The notes beneath the pieces were generated by a model. The model searched no databases and was not told where the DNA came from. It saw only the letters and a program-made list of their open reading frames with translations. The position numbers and the translations under genes are program-made. Of a stretch of DNA of 64,000 bases, positions 14,541 to 24,956 are shown one piece after another. Position 1 is the stretch's first letter. Each line of letters opens with the position of its first letter. The stretch covers positions 9,238,001 to 9,302,000 of the forward strand of contig NC_043011.1 of the NCBI RefSeq assembly GCF_006345805.1, written 5' to 3'. Origin of the DNA: Octopus sinensis. Lineage: Eukaryota.

Positions 14541-14602
14541 GGTCACTGCCTGGAATCTTGGGGTTAGTAGCCCTCGCTCTTAACCACTAAGCCCTATGCC
14601 CG
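14541..14602 (-). other. tRNA-like segment of the pLTR (B box deleted)
   Basis: gcttagtggttaagagcgagggctactaaccccaagattccaggcagtgacc. Compared with the 53754 copy, the gagttcg B-box core is missing. Confidence 0.7.
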
Positions 14603-15350
14603 TGAGCAATTATGGAGTGAATTTTAGGGCTTATAAATCTAATATTCTCCTATCCTTCCCAAAAACCGGTTCCCATATGCTGTTCATATCTGTACTCGGT
14701 CTGCTTAGGAGGTTGTTGAGACCTAGCATATGTGCTGATGCTTTTAGTTTTCGCATTTTCCAGTGGTGTTCCCTGTCTATTATTTTAACTTCATCCCACA
14801 GAGGGAGGTGGTCTCCATTTTTTCCATACATGATCAGCTATACCCAATTTATTAATATCTCCCCGTGTCACAGCTTTGCGATGTTCCTTTACCCTTATTT
14901 TGAGGAGGCGGCATGTTTCGCCTTTGTATAACTTACCACAGTTGCATGGGATGGAGTGCACGTAGTTCTTAGTCATATTCTCTTCTATTGGTGGTTTTAC
15001 TCGAAGGAGATATTTGCGAAGTGTTGTATTACTTTTGAATACTGTCCTGATGTCATATGGGCCGCATATCTTTTGTATCTTTTCGGAGAGGCCTTTCCCA
15101 TAGGGTAGACACACTGTGGATAGTTTATTGGCCTCGTCCTCTCTCTTCTTCATAATTGGAGTGGAGAGTATGCTTTTGGGGTAGTTGTTGCTTAATAGAT
15201 TGTTATTGAGCTTGATCATTTCTTCGTGGTGGGTATCACAATCGCTACTTATATTCATTGCTTGATGTTTTAGGCACTGAGCAATCCCTCTCTTTACACT
15301 GTATGGATGGTGGGAGTTGAAGTTGAGGTATCGTCCAGTGAAATTAGCCT

Positions 15351-16035
15351 TCTCTATCTGTGTGTATTGGCATATCCCAGAGTATGGTTGCTTTCTCGTT
15401 TTCTGTGACCTTTTCTGGTGTGTGCCTATACCATCTTTTTTTCTGTTGTTATTCCATAATGTTGGCATAGTTTCCAGTGTATATAGGTCCAAACTCTGTC
15501 GTGTCTGTGAATATATTCCTTCTTAGCCAGGACTGGGCAACCAGAGATAATATGATTTATTGTTTCTTATCCATCTCCACATATTCTGCAGTTGTTATGT
15601 TTCTTTTCATTACATGTTTTTGGTAATTTCTGGTGGGGAGGCTTTGGTCTTGTGCTGCAATTAAAAACCCTTCAGTCTCTGCTTTGAGTCCTGTTCTTCT
15701 CAACCATTGTTGGGATTTTGCTTTGTCTATTTCTTTTGTGATTAGTTTAACCCAGTATTTGCCATGAAGGGGCTTTTCTTGCCATCGTTTCATCGTGATC
15801 CGTTGCTGTTCCAGTTTTAGTTTGGATTTCATTTGTTTTACAGCTTTTGTTGTTTCTTCTTTGTCTTCATACTTCTAAGGTAGTTTGACTTCTTGTTTGT
15901 ATGTGTCAGCTTCCTTAAAGACTGAAAACAGTTTTTTGTGTTTTTTGTGTTTTGTGTCTACTTGTATTAGTTTTCCTTGCTTCTGAAGGACGCATTTCTG
16001 TAGTCCTATGGTGGTTATTTTGTAATAGTTTTCTA
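15351..16035 (-). mobile_element. R4/Dong-type LINE fragment (post-RT region, CCHC, start of RLE)
   Basis: RWQEKPLHGKY..QWLRRTGLKAETEGFLIAAQDQSLPTRNYQK and INHIISGCPVLAKKEYIHRHDRVWTYIHWKLC..ILWDMPIHTDRE. Joins the Penelope sequence at ~15350; 5' end abuts the triplet array at 16045. Confidence 0.88.
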
Positions 16036-16044
16036 GCTGCATAA

Positions 16045-16064
16045 GTTCTTTATCATCATCATCA

Positions 16065-16098
<34 letters not shown>

Positions 16099-16109
16099 CA
16101 TCATCACCA

Positions 16110-16163
<54 letters not shown>

Positions 16164-16181
16164 TATTATTATTATTATTAT

Positions 16182-16217
<36 letters not shown>

Positions 16218-16230
16218 TATTATTATTATA

Positions 16231-16298
<68 letters not shown>

Positions 16299-16302
16299 AT
16301 TT

Positions 16303-16366
<64 letters not shown>
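16045..16366. repeat. Compound triplet array (CAT)n/(TAT)n/(AAT)n/(TAC)n
   Basis: Direct reading; contains a (TAT)n-(AAT)n self-complementary junction near 16270. Confidence 0.95.
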
Positions 16367-16367
<1 letters not shown>

Positions 16368-17162
16368 ATTTAAACGCTTCAACTAGTAAATCCGTATCAC
16401 ACACCTCAAAGAATATCTAACCGGATTAAAACGTCAGTTTTTTCACTTCTTGTGAAAACGATAGTAACTTTTATTTTTTCTTGTTCTGTGTTTTTGTTTG
16501 TTTTTTTTTTTCGTCGGTAAATCTATTCGCTGCCAATTCTCACTCGGGGTCTCAGGATGCTGTAGATGACGATGAGCGGCGCACACGATGTAAAGCTGTG
16601 ATTCCTGGAACATATATGCATATTATGCAATAGATATGCTTTCGACAGAATTCCTTTGTTTCACAGAACTACAGTCAGTATTCCGTCGGTTGGGCAGTTG
16701 GCGCCACGAACGTCGTTAAAGGTTCAAATCTTTAGCAGTTGAGCAATGTGATCATCGAAACAGGTGTAAGTGAAAATGAAGCAAGGATGTCCTAAAGATT
16801 ATTCAAACTATGTTTGACAATACAAGGAACAACATTAACTGAGACGCTTTCCATTTAGTGTGTTTGTAGTTTATTTTCTAAACTTTTTGCTCTGGTTGTG
16901 CTATTGCAGGGGATACAAGGCCAAGGTTGGCGTTGTTACAGTAAACGGCGTAAGGCCAATCACTGAAAAAATTCACCTATCGTAATACCATAAGACATGC
17001 GTTATCCAAAACGCGCTAGGTCGACTTATACACCATGAATATTTCAGAGAAACAAAATGTTCATGTGAAATGCGGCAGGATTTGGAAACTAGTAACGATC
17101 TTTGAGTGTCTACACTGCAGATTTATACTATATACTACGTCGATTCGTATGCCGAAAAATAC

Positions 17163-17342
17163 GGCATTTAAAATATTTGATTGTCAGCTGTTATCACATG
17201 TAGGACATATCCTACTGTGCCTCTCCCAAACAAGTTCTGATTTGAGTCTAATGGTATTTAAAAGATTTAACTGTCAGCTGTTACAGTATGTAGGACATAT
17301 TCTACTCTGCCTACCCCAAACAAGTGCTGATTTGAGTCGATG
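17163..17342 (+). repeat. Two diverged 90-bp tandem units
   Basis: ggcatttaaaatatttgattgtcagctgtt...gatttgagtc and ggtatttaaaagatttaactgtcagctgtt...gatttgagtc. Confidence 0.85.
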
Positions 17343-17344
17343 TT

Positions 17345-17825
17345 AAACCATTTATAGTGAGAAAGCTTTTCAAATTGTTTTCGAGACATTTTGAGCTTGT
17401 GGGACAGACATATCTATTAACAAACAAGTCCATCTGTTGTTGTCTTTGATCACAATGTCTGGTCGATTGGAGTCAACTTTTCTGTCTGTTTGTATTGAGA
17501 ATTTCCAAAGGATGGTGACGCCCTCGCCATTTACTACATCCTCTGGACGGTGCTTGTACAACTTATCATGGGATTTAGTTTTGTAGCATTTACAAGCATT
17601 TCAGAGGATATACTACCATGGTCTGTCATGTCTTATGAGCAAGAACTGGGCAGCCAGAAACATGATCAATTGTCTCTGCGAATTTTCCGCAAATTCTGCA
17701 CAAGGAGTCAGATCCATCTTTAAAGACGTTTGCATGGTAGTTTCTGGTAGGTAAGCTCTGATCTTGCTCTGCAATAACAAAACCTTCTGCTTCCCCATTC
17801 AGACCTGTCCCTTATAGCCATTGCT
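17345..17825 (-). mobile_element. Degenerate R4/Dong-type LINE fragment (CCHC + RLE)
   Basis: LYKHRPEDVVNGEGVTILWKFSIQTDRKVDSNRPDIVIKD..CLLIDMSVP; 5' end next to (TTA)n 17850-17985. Confidence 0.85.
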
Positions 17826-17851
17826 GTGTTAGATTTTGATCAATATCTGGC

Positions 17852-17906
<55 letters not shown>

Positions 17907-17907
17907 C

Positions 17908-17946
<39 letters not shown>

Positions 17947-18197
17947 TATTATTATTATTATTATTATTATATTATTATTATTATTCTATGTTGACATTTG
18001 CTTTATATTTGTACAAGTTGGCTCCAAGTCTCACCCAGAGACCTCAAGAGACAACAGGGTTGGAAGTTCATGTTGTTGTTATGCCTAGTGTGCCCTATAT
18101 TTGGGGAGTGGGGATGTTGTACTAATGAATGTCTAAAAAAAAGTTTTTTTTTTTTTTTTTTTTAAACCGAAAATTATGTTTGTTTTAAACCTTGAGA

Positions 18198-19646
18198 TTA
18201 CATAGAGAGTATTTTGCGTAGGATATGAGCAGTTCCCATGAGCACTATCTTTTGAACTTCTGCCATTTTTGGGTTTCCTGGTATCTGAGTTAGGTAGCTA
18301 TCAGCCCCTTTTGCTATCATTCCCAGGGCACCTATGACAACAGGTATTGTTTTAGTCTTCAGCTTCCACATTTTGCTGATTTCTATTTCAAGATCTTTAT
18401 ATTTGCTCAGTTTTTGGTAGGTCTTGACAGATACGTTTATATCGATTGGGACAGTCATATCAATGAGGAGGCATGTTCTTTGTTTGAAGTTTTTCAATAT
18501 GATGTCTGGCCTATTTGCATCTATCTTCCTGTCAGTTTGAATGGTGAAGTTCCAGAGGAGTGAGATGTGGTCATTTTCAAGCACTGGGGGTGGTTTGTGT
18601 TCCCACCAGTTTTTTTCATGGGGCAAATCCAGGTTTTTACAGATTACCCAGTGAATATATTGTGCAGCTCTATCGTGCCTGTTGAGATACTCTGTAGGCG
18701 CTAGAAGACTGCACTTGGAGACCACATGGTCAATGGTTTCATTTTGTTGCTTGCATACACGACACGTTGGACTGCTTCTGATCTTTAATATGTTGGCCTG
18801 GTAGTTTCTTGTTGGTAGGCATTGATCTTGAGCTGCTATGATAAACCCCTCTGTTTCAGATTTTAAGCCAGAGGCCATTAGCCATTGATGGGTCAGGGCT
18901 TTGTCGATATCTGCATTATTCGCTCTCTTTGGGTATTTGCCATACAGAGGTTTTTCTTGCCATTTATTATTCAGAATATCTAAGGCCGCAGTTTTGGCAC
19001 GGGTTTTCATGCGCCTAGCTTTTTCTGTGCTTGTTTCTTGTATATCTATCTCTAATTCCGAAATTGGTTGTATTCGGAATTCACTTAGATATTCCTTTGC
19101 CTGTTTTGTGACTGAGTATGATGCTTTCTTGTTTTCATGTTTTGAGACAAGTTTTAGCATCCAGTCCTCAGAGTTTTTCAGGTAGGTGTCTAGGCCAATT
19201 GTAGCAATCTTCATTGTTATTGCCAGTTGCAAAAGACCACGGCATCCCTCTTTTCTTGGCAGATAGAGTCGTTCTGTATCTGCCTTAGGGTGGTGCATTC
19301 TATGCATTGTCAACAGTTTCCTTATTTTTCTGTCGAGCTGACATATTTCAGTAATTGACCAGTTAACAATATTGAAACTGTAAGTCACGACTGGTATAGC
19401 TAATGCATTGATTGCTTCGATCCTGTTTCTTGCATTCAGCTCTGTCTTGAGTATTGCTCTCACTCTTCGATAGCATTCTCTCCTGATCCTTTCCTTCATC
19501 TCTGAATGCCTTATTCCGTTCCCTTCAATTATCCCTAGGTACTTGTAGCTCTCCGCTGGGTCTAGTTCTTTTATGACATTCTGTTGGTCAAGGTTAACGT
19601 TAGATGTTTCTGTCATTTTTCCTTTGATAAAGGTAGCTTTGCACAT
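18198..19646 (-). CDS. R4/Dong ORF, RT thumb + CCHC zinc knuckle + restriction-like endonuclease
   Basis: Uninterrupted 482-aa ORF: [39 protein letters not shown] motif. Confidence 0.92.
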   Translation of the reverse strand: MCKATFIKGKMTETSNVNLDQQNVIKELDPAESYKYLGIIEGNGIRHSEMKERIRRECYRRVRAILKTELNARNRIEAINALAIPVVTYSFNIVNWSITEICQLDRKIRKLLTMHRMHHPKADTERLYLPRKEGCRGLLQLAITMKIATIGLDTYLKNSEDWMLKLVSKHENKKASYSVTKQAKEYLSEFRIQPISELEIDIQETSTEKARRMKTRAKTAALDILNNKWQEKPLYGKYPKRANNADIDKALTHQWLMASGLKSETEGFIIAAQDQCLPTRNYQANILKIRSSPTCRVCKQQNETIDHVVSKCSLLAPTEYLNRHDRAAQYIHWVICKNLDLPHEKNWWEHKPPPVLENDHISLLWNFTIQTDRKIDANRPDIILKNFKQRTCLLIDMTVPIDINVSVKTYQKLSKYKDLEIEISKMWKLKTKTIPVVIGALGMIAKGADSYLTQIPGNPKMAEVQKIVLMGTAHILRKILSM

Positions 19647-20116
19647 TTATCGAGGCCGAATTGCATTCTGATGTCGTCACTGAATTGTTTGACTATCGCT
19701 AGTAAGCCCTTGAGTTGTTGATCACTTTTTGCAAAAAGCTTTAAATCATCCATGTAAACGAGATGATTTATATTTTTATCAAACATTTTATACCCGTACT
19801 GCGCATCATTGAGCAGCTTTGAGAGAGGTATTAAGGATAAACAAAAGAGGAGTGGTGACAGTGAGTCACCCTGGAAAATGCCACACGAAATTTTTACATC
19901 ACCAGCATTTAGGGATTCACTGTCACTGTTCAGAGTTAGTGTGGTTCTCCATGATCTCATACTTACAGTCAAGAAGTTTCGCAGAGTTGGTGCTATCTTA
20001 TACATTTCAAGGCATTTCCTAATCCAGCTATGTGGTAGGCTATCAAAAGCCTTTTTATAGTCTATCCAGGCTATTGATAAGTTTTTGTGTCGTTTGTGAC
20101 AATCTTCTAAGATCAT
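19613..20116 (-). CDS. R4/Dong ORF, reverse transcriptase core segment
   Basis: [43 protein letters not shown]. Confidence 0.9.
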   Translation of the reverse strand: MILEDCHKRHKNLSIAWIDYKKAFDSLPHSWIRKCLEMYKIAPTLRNFLTVSMRSWRTTLTLNSDSESLNAGDVKISCGIFQGDSLSPLLFCLSLIPLSKLLNDAQYGYKMFDKNINHLVYMDDLKLFAKSDQQLKGLLAIVKQFSDDIRMQFGLDKCAKLPLSKEK

Positions 20117-20264
20117 CTTATTGATGAGTAGTTGGTCTTTACAGCCGTAGGATCCACGTTTACATCCTCTCTGTTCATTAGGGAATATGCTGCTGTCTGT
20201 TAAAAACTATAGGTATATTCCGTCAGGACAGATGTTAGTGTTTTGTACATAGTTGTTAAGCAGG

Positions 20265-21377
20265 TTATGGTCTATAGTTTTTTGGTTCATTTGTTTCTTC
20301 TTCACTTTTTGGAAGCAGGAATGTTAACCCATTAACTAGCCAAGGAGGCATCCTACTAGGGTGTTGCAAAACATCATTGTACAGTTCTGTTAGCAGTTCA
20401 TGGCTCTCTGGGAAGGCATTCAGCCAGAAGTTAGGAATTTTATCCTTTCCTGGAGACTTCCATTTGCTTGACCTCCTAAGAGCAGATCTTATATCTTCTA
20501 CCTTGACACCCTCCCACTTTTGCTCTTCTAAGGGGTCCAGTTCTGTAGATATTCTGTCAATCCAGGGGGCCTTTTCGTTGTGTGTTTTTTCTTCTGCCCA
20601 GATTTTATTCCAAAATCTCTGCACTTCTTCTTTTGATGGTACAGACCCTGCAGTAAACGCTGTTTTTCCTATCTTCCTGTAAAAATTCTTGGTGTTATTT
20701 TTGAACATGTTGTTGTCCTTGAAAAATCTAACACGCTTTTCATACCTCGCTATGCGGGCAGCTTTGGCAGATACCTTTTGTTTGATGGTTTCTATGGTGG
20801 CATCAATATCAAGTATAGTTTTCATATTGTATTTTTTCAGTAATTTTTGGGTTTTTGTAGGTTTGGTAATCTTGTGAGCCTTAAGGTTTTTCAAATATTC
20901 AATGTCAGATCTAAATATTTTAATTTGTTGTTGCAGACGCTCTTGCCAAGAAGGCTTTTTGTGGGACTGTTGCCGTTTTCTAATCTTTACACCACATAGG
21001 ATCGTTGAGGTTTTCGCGGATGCATAGTATAGGTGGTTGAGGTTTGTGATATCAACATCATTAACTGAAATTATATCCTTAAGTGCAAGCCGGATTTTAC
21101 CAATTATTTTCATGTTTTGGTTAGAGTTGCGGATTTTAGGAAGTGTATCACGCTCATCCATGCTGGTTTTAATTTTCAGCCATTCAATCATGATTTGATT
21201 TTTTAGCTCATGTAGTTCTGTTGGGTCAATATTTGTGTGACTTTCTTTATCTATTTGATGCTCATCTGTCTTAGTGTTTATGATTGGTTCAGGGCGTATT
21301 TCACTTTGCCTATCACTTATACTAACTCTTTCAATCCTCTCTTCGTTTTTATCCGCCCTGGGCTGGTCTATAATCAT
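20265..21377 (-). CDS. R4/Dong ORF, N-terminal/pre-RT segment (frameshift-separated)
   Basis: 370-aa ORF ending ..WKSPGKDKIPNFWL..LLPKSEEETNEPKNYRP. Confidence 0.85.
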   Translation of the reverse strand: MIIDQPRADKNEERIERVSISDRQSEIRPEPIINTKTDEHQIDKESHTNIDPTELHELKNQIMIEWLKIKTSMDERDTLPKIRNSNQNMKIIGKIRLALKDIISVNDVDITNLNHLYYASAKTSTILCGVKIRKRQQSHKKPSWQERLQQQIKIFRSDIEYLKNLKAHKITKPTKTQKLLKKYNMKTILDIDATIETIKQKVSAKAARIARYEKRVRFFKDNNMFKNNTKNFYRKIGKTAFTAGSVPSKEEVQRFWNKIWAEEKTHNEKAPWIDRISTELDPLEEQKWEGVKVEDIRSALRRSSKWKSPGKDKIPNFWLNAFPESHELLTELYNDVLQHPSRMPPWLVNGLTFLLPKSEEETNEPKNYRP

Positions 21378-21930
21378 TCCTCTGTATTATCTTCTCTAGC
21401 TGCAGCTTCGTTCATTTTATCCGATATTGCTTGTCTAACCTGATCAATCTCTACATCAGTCAGTAATTTCTTTTTTATAATGTTTCTTCTAACATTGGCA
21501 AGCTTGTTACTGTCTATGTAGGGTCTTACTTCAGGGTGTTTCTGTCTCCAGTTTAAGTATGCTTGTACAGTGCTAGACTTATCTGTGGGGAAATATATGG
21601 CATGGTAGAAGGCCTCAAGAACTTCTTATTATCTTCCCTAGACCATTTTTCTTCTTTTTCTTTTGATTATTGGTGATGAGCATGGATGGCCATCTGTTGG
21701 AATATTCGGTTGTGGGTTCGTCCAGCTCCTGTGGGTTGGGAAGATTTGATCCAGTAACTGATTTTTCAATCAGGATTTGGTTCAATTTCGGGACGTGGTC
21801 TTTGTAATCCGCGCAATGAACCAATGCGGTTTATTGTTTGATTTGTTGACTTGAAGCATGACGAGCATCCATTCTTATATTAGGAGATGGATCTGTCAGT
21901 TTAGGGTTCACTACATGTAAGCATTGCTCA

Positions 21931-22029
<99 letters not shown>

Positions 22030-22047
22030 CAGCAGCAGCAGCAGCAG
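21931..22047. repeat. Stepwise triplet array (TTA)n->(TAG)n->(CAG)n
   Basis: Direct reading. Confidence 0.95.
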
Positions 22048-22324
22048 CCGTTCAAGAATTTGGACCTGGAGATCTCCATTTCCAGCGACTTCGAGGGCCA
22101 CCTCCCAGTGGTGTCGGGCGTCAACGAAGAGCCCTCGACAACAACAAGACGACCAAAGTTTTTTTTTTCCAAGGTCTGGGGGTCTCTTGCCCCTAAGCCC
22201 TAGACCATCACCTAATCACCCTTAACAACAACAACAACAGCAGAAGCAGAAGCAGAAAAAGTGTTACATTGTTAGAATCGTTAGCGCGTCGAGGAACTCC
22301 CTTTCGCTATTCGTTCCCCTTCTT

Positions 22325-23060
22325 TACGTTCTTCTTCTTCTTCTTCTTCTTCTTTCTTCTTCTTTCTTCTTCTTTCTTCTTCTTCTTCTTCTTCTTCTTC
22401 TTTCTTCTTTCTTCTTCTTCTTCTTCTTCTTTCTTCTTTCTTCTTCTTCTTCTTCTTCTTCTTCTTCTTTTCTCTTTCTTCTTTTATTCTTCTTCTTTTC
22501 TTCTTCTTTCTTCTTTCCTCTTCTTCTTCTTTCTTTTCTTCTTCTCCTTCTTCTTCTCTTCTTCTTCTCCTCCTCCTCCTCCTCTTCTTCTTCTTCTTCT
22601 TCTTCTCCTTTCTTCTTCTTCTTCTTCTTCTCCTTCTTCTTCTTCTTCTTCTTCTTCTCCTCCTCCTCCTTCTTCTTCTTCTTCTTCTTCTCCTTCTTCT
22701 TCTCCTCCTTCTTCTTCTTCTTCTCCTCCTCCTTCTTCTTCTTCTTCTTCTCCTTCTTCTTCTTCTTCTTCTTCTCTTCCACCTTTCCTCCTCCTTCTTC
22801 TTTTCTTTCTTTCCTTTTCTTTTCTCTTCTTCTCTTCTTCTTCTTCTTCTCTCCTCATTCTCTTCTTCTTTTCTTTTCTTCTTCTTCTTCTTCTTTTCTT
22901 TCTTCTTCTTCTTTCTTCTTCTTTCTTCTTCTTCTTTCTTCTTCTTTCTTCTTCTTCTTCTTCTTCTTCTTCTTTCTTCTTCTTTCTTCTTCTTCTTCTT
23001 CTTCTTTCTTCTTCTTCTTCTTCTTCTTTCTTCTTCTTTCTTCTTCTTCTTGCTGCTGCT
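22325..23060 (+). repeat. ~740-bp polypyrimidine (TTC)n/(CTC)n tract
   Basis: Direct reading; explains the 301-aa F/S/L pseudo-ORF. Confidence 0.97.
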
Positions 23061-23308
23061 GTGGTTGTTTCAATTATACATTTGTTGACATGCTATCTGC
23101 TGTCTTTGCATGATTACGAGTACTTTCCAATTTCTCTTCTCAAACCAGTCCAGGTATTTAAGTCTTCAGCTTGATTTCACCACCAGATGCGAGCGCGCGC
23201 GCGCGTGTTTGTTATGCGAACACATCAAGGCAAAAATATGGATGAATGTGTGTATGTATTTTGTGTTGTCTGTGTGTGTCGTTATATATTATATAATAAT
23301 ATATATAT

Positions 23309-23350
<42 letters not shown>

Positions 23351-23405
23351 ATGTTGGTATTTATATGTGTGTGTATGTATGAATGAATATATATATATAT
23401 AATAT

Positions 23406-23436
<31 letters not shown>

Positions 23437-23767
23437 GTATATATGTATGCATATGTATTATGTATTTGTTCTTGATACTTTGGCTGGTTGCCATGGTATT
23501 TTTCTTAGGAATGTTACAAAACCTAAATCTCAGATGCTAATTTTGCAGCTCTTAGTGATGCTTCTTGTTCTCATTCTTGTTACTGTTGGTATTGTTGCTG
23601 CTGCTGCTGCTGCTGCGGCTGCTACTGCTGCTGCTGCTGCGACTGCTGCTGCTTATTCACAGCCACAGTCAGTTTTTGATCGTTCTAAAGTTACCGAATA
23701 TTCACACTCACATAAAATATAAAAAAAGAAACTAAGATTGTATGACTGCAACAGAACAAGAGAGACG

Positions 23768-23807
<40 letters not shown>

Positions 23808-24120
23808 TCCTATCTCTCCCTTTCTCCTTCTCTCTACTTCCTTCTTCCTCTCTCTCTCTCTGCTTCTCTCCATGCATTTCTCTCTCTCTCTCTCACTGAA
23901 TAAATAATATATAGCAACAGAATAAGAATCAATTTTATAACATAGATGTGTGTGTGTATGTATATATTTATATATTTATATATATATATATACATGTATA
24001 TATATATATAAACACACACATTTTATATGTATATGTATATATATATATATACATATATAGAGAAAATCAGGAGGGTATATATATATATACATATACATAC
24101 CCTCCTAATATTCCCTATTT

Positions 24121-24176
24121 GTCTCTGATGATGGAATATCCCTTACTTTGGGATATCCCAGAAACAGCTGTAAGAC
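24121..24176 (+). ncRNA. Minimal type-I hammerhead ribozyme (second family)
   Basis: gtct-CTGATGA-tggaatatccc(ttacttt)gggatatccca-GAAA-cagctg-TA-agac. Stem I gtct/agac; 11-bp stem II with one mismatch; palindromic stem III ACAGCTGT; GUA site. Confidence 0.8.
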
Positions 24177-24439
24177 TTTGAACTTCTTCCAATAATAATA
24201 ATGTATATGGCTTGATATGTTTACCTTGCTTTAACAATTATATATCTGCTACATCGGAAATCTGTAATGGCTCTATAACTAACAACCTTGGAGCCCTACT
24301 AATCCGTTTGAGCACTTACCTAGCGTACCTAATCGTTTAGGATCACATGTGAACTAAAGCCCCATGCTTTGTACATATGCATATATATATATATATATAC
24401 ACACACACATATATATGTATGTATATCTCTATCCCTCCT

Positions 24440-24481
<42 letters not shown>

Positions 24482-24824
24482 GTACAAAGTAAGGTAGGGG
24501 TTATGAAGGTAACCCACTATGGGATACCAGTTATCCAATATACTGCTGGTGAAGCACCCAAATACTAAATACATAAATGCTTATAATTGCAATGCAATTA
24601 ATTCATTTATTGTATTGAATGGGTGAAAGTAAAAAATATTTTTACCGTAAATTCATAATACAAATAAGAAAATGGAGGAAAAAAGTCACTTCGATCATCA
24701 ACTTACGGATATTACAATTTCATATTATCTATTTATTATACAAATAGGAACATGAAAATCGAACAAAGCAATATACATCAATATGCAAATTAATAATAAA
24801 ATAAAAATTATGCAAATAAACTGC

Positions 24825-24956
24825 TCCTTACAGCTGTTTCAGCCTATGGTCGAGAGACGATCCAACTTAAATTGCCCATATATGCCATTGTAGTATAGTC
24901 TTAGGCATTAAAGATTATATTTGTCTGTTTAAATAAGCAAAGGCCTCGTCAGAGGA
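24825..24956 (-). ncRNA. Type-I hammerhead ribozyme with ~95-nt stem II insertion
   Basis: Minus: tcct-CTGACGA-ggcct...(~95 nt)...aggct-GAAA-cagctg-TA-agga; all three helices pair. Confidence 0.7.

Larger units (their letters stand above)
14375..15350 (-). mobile_element. 5'-truncated Penelope-like element: RT thumb + C-terminal GIY-YIG endonuclease + pLTR
   Basis: TGRYLNFNSHHP..KRGI, LPYGKGLSEKI, YVHSIPCNCGKLYKGETCR.LKIRVKEH (GIY-YIG), WDEVKIIDREHHWKMRKLK (frameshifted); hammerhead in the 3' repeat. Confidence 0.9.
17986..21931 (-). mobile_element. Near full-length R4/Dong-clade non-LTR retrotransposon inserted in (TAA)n
   Basis: N-terminal Myb-like segment (KWSREDNK..AFYHAIYFP..WRQKHP..LANVRRNIIKKKLLTDVEI), RT ([41 protein letters not shown]), CCHC ([18 protein letters not shown]), RLE ([27 protein letters not shown]); (TTA)n directly at both ends. 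Confidence 0.95.

Noticed and set aside
22269-23174. 301-aa ORF
   Set aside because: Translation of (TTC)n/(CTC)n.
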